A stretch of 64,000 nucleotides of DNA, from contig JAZNAU010000034.1 in NCBI GenBank assembly GCA_045586685.1, forward strand, positions 1 to 64,000, written 5' to 3'. The first letter of the stretch is position 1, and every line of letters starts with the position of its first letter. Both the position numbers and the translations under genes were made by a program. This stretch comes from Clostridia bacterium (GTDB taxonomy: Bacteria > Bacillota > Clostridia > HGM11514). The notes under the pieces are model-generated. The model had not been told where the DNA came from and ran no database searches. It saw only the letters and a program-made list of their open reading frames with translations. Shown here in pieces: positions 47,333-57,052 of this stretch.

Positions 47333-47596
47333 ATGAAAGAAAAAATAAAAGAAAGAGCAGTAAAAATACTTGATTTTCCGGAAGAACTGGTGTTTCCCAG
47401 AATTGTATTTAGCGGAAATAAGAGTGTAACGGTAGAAAACTATAAAGCAATCATAGAATACGAAGCAGACAGCATTCGTATCAATACCTCAAATTTTTTA
47501 TTAGAGATGAAAGGAAAAGAATTTGAAATTCAAAACATCAGTGATGACGTGGTACAGATTACAGGCATCATCACTCACGTTGAATTTATTTATTAG
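47333..47596 (+). CDS. yqfC: YabP/YqfC family sporulation protein
   Basis: P.I...G......ENYK.I.EY; located upstream of yqfD. Confidence 0.85.
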   Translation: MKEKIKERAVKILDFPEELVFPRIVFSGNKSVTVENYKAIIEYEADSIRINTSNFLLEMKGKEFEIQNISDDVVQITGIITHVEFIY

Positions 47597-47607
47597 GGGG
47601 AGAAGAG

Positions 47608-48825
47608 ATGCTGCTCCGATTGATTCGTTGGATACGAGGGTATCTGGAAATTTCTGTTGACGGCGGAATTGCCGAGCGTTTTTTATCCATTTGCGGACGT
47701 CGTCATATTTTCCTTTGGAATATGAAAGCAGGAAAGGTTCTTACTGCATGTATCTTTGCTTCTGATTTTAAACGTATCAGAATCATTGCATCAAAAAGCA
47801 ATACAAAAGTGAAGATTGTACGCAGACGAGGACTTCCGTTTGTTATGAAACGCTATCGGGGAAGAAAAATTTTTGTCATATGTATTTTATTGTTCTTTGT
47901 TTCACTTCGTTGTCTGACTTCTTTAATTTGGCGGGTTGAGGTGGTCGGTGTAGTACAAACGGATTTGTTCCTTTTGCATCAAATTTTAGAGGAAAACGGC
48001 ATACGGAAATGGGCAAGAAGCAAGTCTGTCAATGAAGAAAAAATACAGTTTGAAATTTTACAGCAACTTGATACTGTATCCTGGGCAGGGATTACCGTAA
48101 AGGGAACAGATGTAATAGTGGAAATCAAAGAGAGAGAACCGACCCCTGAAATGTTGCCGGCTGACCAACCAACCGACCTGATTGCTGCAAAAGACGGTGT
48201 GATAGAGTTGATGCTTGTCAAAGAAGGAGAGGCAGTAGTAAAGGTTGGGGATACAGTATCGAAAGGTCAGCTTTTGGTGTCCGCATTAAAAGGTGTGGAG
48301 ATTGAAAATCCGGTTCCTGTTCATTCCTTTGGAGAGGTCATTGCAAGAACATGGACACAAAAAAGTATGATTCAACCCATGTTATTGGAGAAAAAAGAGC
48401 TGACCGGACAACAAAAAATCCGTTATGGGTTAAAAATTTCAAAAATATTTATAAATTTTTTCGGAAATACTGGAAATTTGTATCCCAAATGTGATACAAT
48501 AGAAGAAACAGTATGGAAAAAGGGAAACCTTGCTTTGATAAAACGTGTGATTCGTGAGGTGAATGTAACCCGTCATGAGCTTACCGAGGAGGAAGCGGGA
48601 AATCTGGCGGAGGAGGAATTGACAAAGGTTTTGTCAAAAGAGATGCCGGAGGGAGCAGAACTTGTTTCGGTTACACGGAATGTCTGTGTTGCGGGGCAGG
48701 GGAAGATAAAAGTAGACTGTACATTTGAATGTCTTGAAAATATTGCAGTACAGAAATTATTTGAAGCGGAAATACAAGGAGAATTATGGGATGATACAAA
48801 AAACAGTAACAGTGAACAGCGTTGA
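47608..48825 (+). CDS. yqfD: Sporulation protein YqfD
   Basis: GY..I...G...ERF, GLPF, W.VEV.G, A.KDGVI, GDTV.KGQLL. Confidence 0.9.
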   Translation: MLLRLIRWIRGYLEISVDGGIAERFLSICGRRHIFLWNMKAGKVLTACIFASDFKRIRIIASKSNTKVKIVRRRGLPFVMKRYRGRKIFVICILLFFVSLRCLTSLIWRVEVVGVVQTDLFLLHQILEENGIRKWARSKSVNEEKIQFEILQQLDTVSWAGITVKGTDVIVEIKEREPTPEMLPADQPTDLIAAKDGVIELMLVKEGEAVVKVGDTVSKGQLLVSALKGVEIENPVPVHSFGEVIARTWTQKSMIQPMLLEKKELTGQQKIRYGLKISKIFINFFGNTGNLYPKCDTIEETVWKKGNLALIKRVIREVNVTRHELTEEEAGNLAEEELTKVLSKEMPEGAELVSVTRNVCVAGQGKIKVDCTFECLENIAVQKLFEAEIQGELWDDTKNSNSEQR

Positions 48826-49786
48826 ACAGGCAATGGAAGTGATGGGTAGCTTTGATGCTAACGTGAAATTACTGGAAAAAAATTACGATGTGCAAATTGT
48901 AAACCGCGGTGAAGAAATCCGTATTACGGGAGAATCAGAAGAAAACGTGGAAAAATGTTGTGCGGTTGTTGGTCAGCTGGTTCGGTTTGCAGAGCGTTCG
49001 GAGTTCATTGATGAACAAACCATTCAATATTTAATTTCTATGGCCGAGTCGGGCGAAACAGAGCAAACGGAGGAACTGGCAAAGGATTGTATCTGTCTTA
49101 CCGCTCGCGGAAAGCCTTTAAAGCCCAAAACCATGGGACAGAAACGGTATGTTGAAGCCATTGAGGACAATACGGTTGTGCTGGGAATCGGTCCTGCGGG
49201 AACAGGGAAAACATATCTTGCAGTGGCTATGGCGGTAAAAGCCTTTCGGGCAAAAGAGGTCAGCCGTATTATTTTGACCCGCCCCGCAGTTGAAGCGGGG
49301 GAAAAGCTTGGGTTTTTACCAGGTGATTTGCAAAACAAGGTTGATCCTTATCTGCGACCCTTATATGATGCATTGTATGAAATGCTGGGGGTAGAGAGTT
49401 ATCAAAAGTACGTGGAACGGGGTTCTATTGAAATTGCACCCTTGGCATATATGCGCGGTCGAACCTTGGATGACAGTTTTATTATTTTGGATGAAGCTCA
49501 GAACACAACACCAGAGCAAATGAAGATGTTTTTAACCAGAATCGGATTTGGTTCCAAAGCTGTTATTACCGGTGACGTAACCCAGATTGACTTACCGGGC
49601 GGGGTGCGTTCCGGCTTAAAGGAAGCCATGAAGGTGCTGGAGCATATTGAGGATATTAAGATTATGAAATTTTCCGATTTGGATGTGGTTCGCCATCCTC
49701 TTGTTCGGAAAATTATTAAGGCCTATGAAAAGTATGAGGCAAAACGGCAAAAACCGGACAAGCCAAAGGGAGGGAATCCTAATTGA
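48791..49786 (+). CDS. phoH: PhoH family ATPase
   Basis: GPAGTGKTYLA, RPAVEAGE, MRGRTL, DEAQN. Confidence 0.94.
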   Translation: MIQKTVTVNSVEQAMEVMGSFDANVKLLEKNYDVQIVNRGEEIRITGESEENVEKCCAVVGQLVRFAERSEFIDEQTIQYLISMAESGETEQTEELAKDCICLTARGKPLKPKTMGQKRYVEAIEDNTVVLGIGPAGTGKTYLAVAMAVKAFRAKEVSRIILTRPAVEAGEKLGFLPGDLQNKVDPYLRPLYDALYEMLGVESYQKYVERGSIEIAPLAYMRGRTLDDSFIILDEAQNTTPEQMKMFLTRIGFGSKAVITGDVTQIDLPGGVRSGLKEAMKVLEHIEDIKIMKFSDLDVVRHPLVRKIIKAYEKYEAKRQKPDKPKGGNPN

Positions 49787-51804
49787 AAAAAACAGAAGGA
49801 AAAAGTTGGCTGATTATTTTGTTAATTTTTGTTGCAGTTGTGGCAACGGTGTTTGTGGCTGTAAAAGGATTTATGCCAAAGCAGTATAATATTAAAACAG
49901 GGGATATTTGTCCTGTAGATATTTATGCTTCCGGCTTGATTACGGACAAGCTGACCACTGAAAAATTACGGAATGATGCCCGAGATTATGTACAAAAGCA
50001 ATATAGCTATGATTTGACAGTTTCAGATGAGGTGGAAAAAACTTTAAAAGAAACCCTTACAAAAATTACAGAACTTTGGGGAAAATATGATAGTGCATCA
50101 GAGTTAAGCGACAGCGAAATTTCAGGCAGTGCTGTCAGTCGGGAGGATTGGCAGGATATTTTTGCTATGAGTAAATCGGAGCTGGAACGGTTTTCAAAGG
50201 GGTGTACAGAGGCATCGAAAGAAACAATGAAATTTGGACTTGATGCAGAGTCTCCCGATGAAGGATATGCTTTCTTAAGCGAAAGCCTGAACGAGAAAAA
50301 TTTAAGTCAGGGCAGCAGAAGGATTGCTTATAATCTGGTTTCTGCTTTGTTAAAGCCAAATAAGACCTATGATCCGGAAGGCACAGAAGGAGCAAAAGAA
50401 AAAGCGGCTGCCGAGGTGGAACCCATTGTTTACCAGAAAGGCGAAAAAATTATTGGTCGGGGAGAACGGATTGAAGAAGCAGATTATGCTATGATGAAGG
50501 AAATGGGATATATTAGAAAAGCAGATTTTTCTAATTTTTCCACTTATTTTGGATTGATTGCAGTGGTATTGCTTTTGTTTTTCTATTTTCTGTATTTTTT
50601 AAAGGATAAATTTGAAACAATGTCTGTTCGTTGGCCTTTGACCGCGGCAATGATTACAGCATACGGGATTATGCTGCTGATTTTATGCTTTTTCATCTGG
50701 CAGACGGATTTGAATCAAAATCTGATCCCCTTACTTACTTTGGCGATTGTTTCTGCCACATTATGCAAAGCAAAAGTTGCATCCGCCATTCACTTTTTGA
50801 TTTGTGCCGTTACCGCTTTGGCAATGCGAGGCGATCTTGCATTTTTTCTAATCAATTTAATAGGCGGTACCATCTTGATTTCCTTGCTGAAAAACATTCG
50901 AAGCAGAACCAAAATTTTCTATTATTGTTTGCCGGTTGCTTTTTTTGAAGCAGCAATGATTATCTGTTGGGAGATGATGGAGAACAACGTTGTTCGAGAT
51001 GCGGTTATGAACGGAATTTTTATGGCAATCGGTGTTTTTCTTTCCGGTATTGTTGCTATGGGTATTTTGCCTGTATTGGAGGCGATTTTTCATTTACTGA
51101 CACCCTTTCAGTTGCTTGAAATGACAAACTCGGAATATCCATTACTAAAACGATTGATGACAGAGGCTCCGGGAACTTATCATCATAGCCTTATGGTAGG
51201 CAATCTTGCGGAAAATGCAGCTATGCTTGTGGGGGCAGACCCTTTATTGACACGGGTGGGAGCTTATTATCATGATGTGGGAAAGCTAAAACAGCCGATT
51301 ATGTTTAAAGAAAATCAGTTGGTGGACAACCCTCATGATCAATTATCCCCGCAGGAAAGTGCAAATATTATTTTACAGCATCCCCGTGACGGAGTGAAAA
51401 TTGCGCAGCAATACAGAATACCAAAACGATTAACTGATTTTATTCAACAGCATCACGGCACCACCGCAACCATGTATTTTTATCAGTTGGAAAAGGATAC
51501 AAACCCTGATGTGGATATCAATACGTTCCGCTACTTTGGACCTAAGCCTCAGAGTAAGGAAATGGCGATTGTTATGCTTGCGGATACCATTGAGGCAGCA
51601 GTGCGGACAATGACAGATGATTCACCGGAGGCAATGGAACGATATGTTGATCGTTTGGTGGAGGGAAAGCTTCGGGACGGTCAGTTTTCGGATTGTAATA
51701 TTACCTTAGCAGAGATAGAACAAATCAAGGGAAGCTTTGTCCATACGTTAAAAGCATATTATCATAAACGGGTTACTTATCGGGAGAATAACAATGAAAA
51801 TTAA
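49783..51804 (+). CDS. pgpH: 7TM-HD phosphodiesterase (PgpH-like, c-di-AMP)
   Basis: Extracellular domain, seven TMs, APGTYHHS, YYHDVGK, HHGT, MLAD..EAA. Confidence 0.88.
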   Translation: MKKTEGKSWLIILLIFVAVVATVFVAVKGFMPKQYNIKTGDICPVDIYASGLITDKLTTEKLRNDARDYVQKQYSYDLTVSDEVEKTLKETLTKITELWGKYDSASELSDSEISGSAVSREDWQDIFAMSKSELERFSKGCTEASKETMKFGLDAESPDEGYAFLSESLNEKNLSQGSRRIAYNLVSALLKPNKTYDPEGTEGAKEKAAAEVEPIVYQKGEKIIGRGERIEEADYAMMKEMGYIRKADFSNFSTYFGLIAVVLLLFFYFLYFLKDKFETMSVRWPLTAAMITAYGIMLLILCFFIWQTDLNQNLIPLLTLAIVSATLCKAKVASAIHFLICAVTALAMRGDLAFFLINLIGGTILISLLKNIRSRTKIFYYCLPVAFFEAAMIICWEMMENNVVRDAVMNGIFMAIGVFLSGIVAMGILPVLEAIFHLLTPFQLLEMTNSEYPLLKRLMTEAPGTYHHSLMVGNLAENAAMLVGADPLLTRVGAYYHDVGKLKQPIMFKENQLVDNPHDQLSPQESANIILQHPRDGVKIAQQYRIPKRLTDFIQQHHGTTATMYFYQLEKDTNPDVDINTFRYFGPKPQSKEMAIVMLADTIEAAVRTMTDDSPEAMERYVDRLVEGKLRDGQFSDCNITLAEIEQIKGSFVHTLKAYYHKRVTYRENNNEN

Positions 51805-52276
51805 AGTTTTATTTGAAGAAGAAACGACAATGATGCCATTGATTGAACAAGTGCTGGAAAAGGGAGCGGAACTGGAACACATTCCTTTTGATGCAGAGGT
51901 GAGTGTCTCCTTTACAAATAACGAGGAGATTCGTCAGATAAATTATGAGCAAAGAGGGATTGACAGTGCAACCGACGTTCTTTCTTTTCCTATGTTGGAA
52001 TTAGTTCCCGGGGAAGAGTATAAAGCAGGTCCGGAGGATTTGGACCCCGAAACAGGACGTGTATATCTGGGAGATATTGTTATTTCATTAGAGCGGGCAG
52101 AAGAACAGGCGAAGGAATATGGACACAGCATTGAAAGGGAAACTGCTTTTTTGGCAATTCATTCATTGTTACATTTGCTTGGATATGATCATATAAACGA
52201 GGAAGAAAGAAAAGAGATGCGCTTACATGAGGAAGCGGTGCTGACAGCGTTATCTTTGACACGGGAGGAAGAATAA
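51794..52276 (+). CDS. ybeY: rRNA maturation endoribonuclease YbeY
   Basis: TDVLSFP, LGDIVIS, HSLLHLLGYDH. Confidence 0.95.
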   Translation: MKIKVLFEEETTMMPLIEQVLEKGAELEHIPFDAEVSVSFTNNEEIRQINYEQRGIDSATDVLSFPMLELVPGEEYKAGPEDLDPETGRVYLGDIVISLERAEEQAKEYGHSIERETAFLAIHSLLHLLGYDHINEEERKEMRLHEEAVLTALSLTREEE

Positions 52277-53164
52277 ATGGAACAATTTAAATCCGGATTT
52301 GCCACTGTTGTGGGAAGACCGAATGTGGGGAAATCAACGTTAATCAATGAATTGGTGGGGCAGAAAATATCCATTGTTTCCAACAAGCCTCAAACCACAA
52401 GAAATCAGATTACAGCTGTGTATCAGGATGAGGAATCTCAGATTGTATTCGTAGATACTCCCGGTGTGCACAAGCCAAAAAATAAGTTGGGAAAATTCAT
52501 GGTCAACACAGCATTTTCTGCTTTGGATGACATGGATTTGATTTTGTTTATGATAGATGCAACAAAGTCAGGGGATGAAGAGGAATTACTAAAAAAACTT
52601 CGTGCTTCCCGTTCTGCCGTCATATTAGTGATTAACAAAGTGGATTTGGTTCCAAAAGAGAAATTGTTACCTTTGATTGAGAAATATTCTGAATTATGTA
52701 ATTTTGAATCGGTTATTCCAATCAGTGCTTTAAAACGGGACGGTGTGGACGAGTTGATTGCTGTCATGAAGAAATATTTGCCTTATGGCCCCCGTTATTT
52801 TCCGGATGACATGGTGACCGACCAATCTGAACGCCAGATTGCAGGGGAATTGATTCGGGAAAAGGTTCTCAGATTCTTGTCTCAGGAGGTTCCTCATGGG
52901 GTAGCGGTAGAGATTGAGAGAATGAAGACGGAAAAAGAATTATGCCGAATCAATGCGGTGATTTACACGGAAAAATCCAGCCATAAAATGATTCTTATTG
53001 GGAAAAACGGTGCTATGATGAAGAAAATCGGCACTTCGGCACGTAGAGAATTGGAGCGGTTTTTAGATTGCAAGGTTCATCTTGAGCTATGGGTTAAGGT
53101 GAAAGAAGATTGGCGGAACAATGATTATTTAATCAAAAATTTTGGTTACGAAGAAGAAAAGTAA
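52277..53164 (+). CDS. era: GTPase Era
   Basis: GRPNVGKST, QTTR, DTPG, NKVD; KH domain. Confidence 0.97.
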   Translation: MEQFKSGFATVVGRPNVGKSTLINELVGQKISIVSNKPQTTRNQITAVYQDEESQIVFVDTPGVHKPKNKLGKFMVNTAFSALDDMDLILFMIDATKSGDEEELLKKLRASRSAVILVINKVDLVPKEKLLPLIEKYSELCNFESVIPISALKRDGVDELIAVMKKYLPYGPRYFPDDMVTDQSERQIAGELIREKVLRFLSQEVPHGVAVEIERMKTEKELCRINAVIYTEKSSHKMILIGKNGAMMKKIGTSARRELERFLDCKVHLELWVKVKEDWRNNDYLIKNFGYEEEK

Positions 53165-53226
53165 ATTTTTACATGGTATCCCTGTACAGCGATAGGAAAC
53201 ACTAGCTATGTCAGGAGGGGAATATC

Positions 53227-53403
53227 ATGAATTTAGATCAATTTGCGTGGAATTGTTTTTGCAATAGCGGAAATATAGAAGCTTTTTTGTTATATAAACA
53301 GGAGGAAGCGCTGAAACATTCAGTAGAAAAGAGCGGGGACTGTAAGACGTATGGGACTGGTGAAGACAGAAGGGATTGTCCTTCGGGAAACCAAATATGG
53401 TGA
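53227..53403 (+). CDS. yqzL: YqzL family small protein (58 aa)
   Basis: MNLDQFAWNCFCNSGNIEAFLLYK fits the W..F..TG.I..YLLYK pattern; AGGAGG RBS; era-yqzL-recO synteny; missed by the ORF track. Confidence 0.8.
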   Translation: MNLDQFAWNCFCNSGNIEAFLLYKQEEALKHSVEKSGDCKTYGTGEDRRDCPSGNQIW

Positions 53404-54061
53404 ACAAGATAAAATGCTGACGGTATTCACAAAGGATTGGGGTACCGTCAGTGTTTCGGCTCGGGGGGTACGTGGCGGAAAACGCCGTTGTACCGGCGCG
53501 GGCTTATTTTGTTACAGCCGTTTTGTTTTGTTTGAGGGAAAAAATTCCTATCAGCTGAACGAATGTGAATTGATTCGTAGTTTTCATCGGATCAGTGAAG
53601 ATTTACTTACCATGTCCTGCGGTGCCTACCTTTGTGAAATTACTTCGGGTGAGCAGCTGCAAAACGAATCCCTGATGAAGCTGCTTTTAAATGCTCTTGC
53701 TATGCTGGAAGAGAAAAAAGAGGTTTGGAAGGTGAAAGGAGTATTTGAACTTCGTGCTGCTGCAGAGATGGGATTTGCTCCTAATTTGTTTTGCTGTATT
53801 CATTGCGGAGAGGAAAACACCTTACACTATTTTTCATTTCAGGCAGGGGGAGTGGTCTGCGATGATTGTAAAAAAGGAGACATTAGAATTTCTCAAACTG
53901 TTCTTCGAGCCATGCAGTATATTTTATTGGCGAAAAACCCGTTTTCCTTTTCCTTAGCAGAGGAGCGGATTGGAGAATTTTCATCCGTATGTGAGAAATT
54001 TTTACTTCATTATCTGGATAAACACCCAAAAACATTGGATTTTTTTAAAAATTCCCTTTAA
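53351..54061 (+). CDS. recO: DNA repair protein RecO
   Basis: GIVLR...YGE.D..L...T...G.....ARG; zinc motif C..CG...G..C..C. Confidence 0.92.
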   Translation: MGLVKTEGIVLRETKYGEQDKMLTVFTKDWGTVSVSARGVRGGKRRCTGAGLFCYSRFVLFEGKNSYQLNECELIRSFHRISEDLLTMSCGAYLCEITSGEQLQNESLMKLLLNALAMLEEKKEVWKVKGVFELRAAAEMGFAPNLFCCIHCGEENTLHYFSFQAGGVVCDDCKKGDIRISQTVLRAMQYILLAKNPFSFSLAEERIGEFSSVCEKFLLHYLDKHPKTLDFFKNSL

Positions 54062-54076
54062 TTTTCAAGAAATCTC

Positions 54077-54105
54077 TTTACAAAATGTGAAAATAATGGT
54101 ATAAT
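54077..54105 (+). promoter_or_regulatory. SigA promoter of ppdK
   Basis: TTTACA-17bp-TATAAT with extended TG. Confidence 0.72.
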
Positions 54106-54222
54106 AATATGAATAAAGCCAGTATCTTTACTAAAAAGAAGACGAATCGTGCGTTCCGCAAATGAACTGATTCGGAACAAAAGATACCAAAGGCAATTAA
54201 ATTTCTATTAGGAGGCATACAC

Positions 54223-56853
54223 ATGAGCAAAAAATACGTGTATCTGTTCAGTGAAGGCGACGCTACCATGCGTAATCTGCTGGGCGGAAAAGGTGCAAAT
54301 CTGGCAGAAATGACTAAACTGGGACTGCCTGTTCCTCAGGGATTTACAATTTCAACAGAAGCTTGTACCCAATATTATGAGGATGGCAAAAAAATCAATG
54401 ATGACATCCAGGCACAAATTATGGAACACATCATTAAGATGGAAGAAATTACCGGCAAGAAATTCGGTGACCATGAAAATCCTTTGTTGGTTTCTGTAAG
54501 ATCCGGTGCAAGAGCTTCCATGCCCGGTATGATGGATACCATCTTGAATCTGGGTCTGAACGAAGAAGTTGTAGAAGTTATGGCTGAAAAGTCCGGAAAT
54601 CCCAGATGGGCGTATGATTGCTACAGAAGATTTATCCAGATGTATTCTGACGTAGTAATGGAGGTCGGCAAGAAGTATTTTGAAGTCCTGATTGACGAAA
54701 TGAAAGAAAAGAAGGGCGTTACTTTAGACGTTGACCTGACTGCTGAAGATCTGAAGGAATTGGCAACCTTGTTTAAGGCTGAATATAAAGCAAAAATCGG
54801 TGAAGATTTCCCCTCTGATCCTAAGGAACAGTTGATGGGTGCCGTAAAAGCAGTTTTCCGTTCCTGGGACAACCCCAGAGCCAACATCTACCGTCGTGAC
54901 AACGATATTCCTTATTCTTGGGGTACCGCTGTAAACGTACAAATGATGGTGTTCGGTAATATGGGAGAAACCTCAGGTACCGGTGTTGCATTTACCCGTA
55001 ACCCTGCTACAGGAGAAAAGAAACTGTTTGGTGAATTCTTGATGAATGCACAGGGCGAAGATGTTGTTGCCGGTGTAAGAACTCCTCAGACCATTGATCA
55101 GTTAAAAGAAGTTATGCCTGAATGTTATGACCAGTTTGTTACCATCTGTAATACTTTGGAAACTCACTATCATGATATGCAGGATATGGAATTTACCATT
55201 GAAGATAAGAAACTGTATATGCTGCAAACCAGAAATGGTAAAAGAACTGCAGCAGCAGCGTTGAAGATTGCCTGCGATTTGGTTGACGAAGGCATGATCG
55301 ATGAAAAACAAGCAGTTGCAATGATCGAGCCCAGATCTTTGGATGCACTGTTGCATCCTCAGTTTGATCCGGATATGCTGAAGAAGGCAACACCTGTTGC
55401 AAATGCTTTGGCTGCTTCTCCCGGTGCTGCTTGCGGTAAGGTTGTATTTACTGCTGAAGATGCAAAAAATTGGGCTGAAAACGGAGAAAAAGTTGTTTTG
55501 GTTCGTTTGGAAACCTCTCCTGAAGATATTGAAGGTATGAAGGCTGCTCAGGGTATCTTGACTGTTCGTGGTGGTATGACATCTCACGCAGCAGTTGTTG
55601 CCAGAGGAATGGGTACCTGCTGTGTATCCGGTTGTTCTGCAATCAGCATGGATGAAGAAAACAAGAAATTTGTGCTGGCTGGAAAGACCTATCATGAAGG
55701 TGACTACATTTCTATTGACGGTTCTACCGGTAATATTTATGACGGTTTGATTCCTACTGCAGATGCATCTATCGGTGGTGAATTCGGTCGTGTTATGGCA
55801 TGGGCGGACAAGTACAGAACATTACAGGTTCGTACCAATGCAGATACTCCTGCTGATGCTGCTCAGGCAAAGAAACTGGGCGCTGAAGGAATTGGTTTGT
55901 GCCGTACTGAGCATATGTTCTTTGACGAAGACAGAATCCCTGCAATTCGTGAAATGATTTGTTCTGATACTGTTGAACAAAGAAAGAAAGCTCTTGATAA
56001 GTTAGAACCCATGCAGCAGAGCGACTTTGAAGCGATTTATGAAGCAATGGAAGGATGCCCTGTAACCATCCGTTTCTTGGATCCTCCTCTCCATGAATTT
56101 GTTCCTACCGATGAAGCAGACATTGCAAAATTGGCTGCTGCTCAGGGTAAGACTGTTGACGAAATTAAAGCAATCATTGCGTCTTTACATGAATTTAACC
56201 CCATGATGGGTCACAGAGGTTGCCGTCTGGCAGTAACCTATCCTGAAATTGCCGAAATGCAAACCAAGGCTGTTATCAAGGCTGCACTGGCAGTTTCTGC
56301 AAAACATCCTGAATGGACAATTGTTCCTGAAATTATGATTCCTCTGGTAGGGGAAGTAAAGGAATTGAAGTTTGTAAAAGATGTAGTAACATCTACTGCA
56401 GATGCTGTTATTAAGGAAGCAGGCTCCGATTTGAAATATAAGGTAGGTACCATGATTGAAATCCCCAGAGCTGCATTGACTGCGGATGACATTGCAAAAG
56501 AAGCTGAATTCTTCTCCTTTGGTACCAACGACCTGACTCAAATGACCTTCGGTTTCTCCCGTGATGATGCTGGTAAGTTCCTGCCTGAATACTATACCAA
56601 CAAGATTTTTGAATCCGATCCTTTTGCAAAGTTGGATCAGACTGGTGTTGGTAAATTAGTAAAAATGGCTGCAGAACTGGGCAGAAGCGCTCGTCCTGAT
56701 ATTAAGTTGGGTATCTGCGGTGAGCACGGCGGAGATCCTTCTTCTGTTGAATTCTGCCACAAGGTTGGACTGAATTATGTTTCATGTTCTCCCTTCCGTG
56801 TGCCGATTGCAAGACTTTCAGCAGCACAGGCAAAAATTGCTGAAGAAAAATAA
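54223..56853 (+). CDS. ppdK: Pyruvate, phosphate dikinase
   Basis: LGGKGANL, SVRSGA..SMPGMM, GGMTSHAAVVARG (phospho-His), FSFGTNDLTQ. Confidence 0.98.
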   Translation: MSKKYVYLFSEGDATMRNLLGGKGANLAEMTKLGLPVPQGFTISTEACTQYYEDGKKINDDIQAQIMEHIIKMEEITGKKFGDHENPLLVSVRSGARASMPGMMDTILNLGLNEEVVEVMAEKSGNPRWAYDCYRRFIQMYSDVVMEVGKKYFEVLIDEMKEKKGVTLDVDLTAEDLKELATLFKAEYKAKIGEDFPSDPKEQLMGAVKAVFRSWDNPRANIYRRDNDIPYSWGTAVNVQMMVFGNMGETSGTGVAFTRNPATGEKKLFGEFLMNAQGEDVVAGVRTPQTIDQLKEVMPECYDQFVTICNTLETHYHDMQDMEFTIEDKKLYMLQTRNGKRTAAAALKIACDLVDEGMIDEKQAVAMIEPRSLDALLHPQFDPDMLKKATPVANALAASPGAACGKVVFTAEDAKNWAENGEKVVLVRLETSPEDIEGMKAAQGILTVRGGMTSHAAVVARGMGTCCVSGCSAISMDEENKKFVLAGKTYHEGDYISIDGSTGNIYDGLIPTADASIGGEFGRVMAWADKYRTLQVRTNADTPADAAQAKKLGAEGIGLCRTEHMFFDEDRIPAIREMICSDTVEQRKKALDKLEPMQQSDFEAIYEAMEGCPVTIRFLDPPLHEFVPTDEADIAKLAAAQGKTVDEIKAIIASLHEFNPMMGHRGCRLAVTYPEIAEMQTKAVIKAALAVSAKHPEWTIVPEIMIPLVGEVKELKFVKDVVTSTADAVIKEAGSDLKYKVGTMIEIPRAALTADDIAKEAEFFSFGTNDLTQMTFGFSRDDAGKFLPEYYTNKIFESDPFAKLDQTGVGKLVKMAAELGRSARPDIKLGICGEHGGDPSSVEFCHKVGLNYVSCSPFRVPIARLSAAQAKIAEEK

Positions 56854-56863
56854 AAATAATGGT

Positions 56864-56896
56864 AACGGTTCCTCTGAAAATGAGGAACCGTTTTTT
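56864..56896 (+). terminator. Terminator after ppdK
   Basis: AACGGTTCCTC-tgaaaat-GAGGAACCGTT followed by TTTT. Confidence 0.88.
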
Positions 56897-56983
56897 CGTA
56901 TAAAAACACAGGAAACAGGCGGTTAGTTGCATAAAAATATAAAATTCGGAAACACTGTGGAAGGAATAGTTTAAAAATTAAAA

Positions 56984-57009
56984 AGGATTTTTGGGGCTTA
57001 TGTCGAAAT
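56984..57009 (+). promoter_or_regulatory. SigH-like promoter overlapping a perfect Spo0A box upstream of dnaG-sigA
   Basis: AGGATTT...GTCGAAAT; TGTCGAA at 57001-57007. Confidence 0.5.
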
Positions 57010-57052
57010 AGTTAAATTGAAAAGATTTTTGGTTGAAAGCGAGGACGAGAGG

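Noticed and set aside
55102-56541. Long antisense ORFs opposite ppdK (also opposite ftsH, the aldolase, GT4 and dnaG)
   Set aside because: These are shadow frames produced by codon bias in conserved genes; they have no RBS or recognisable protein motifs.
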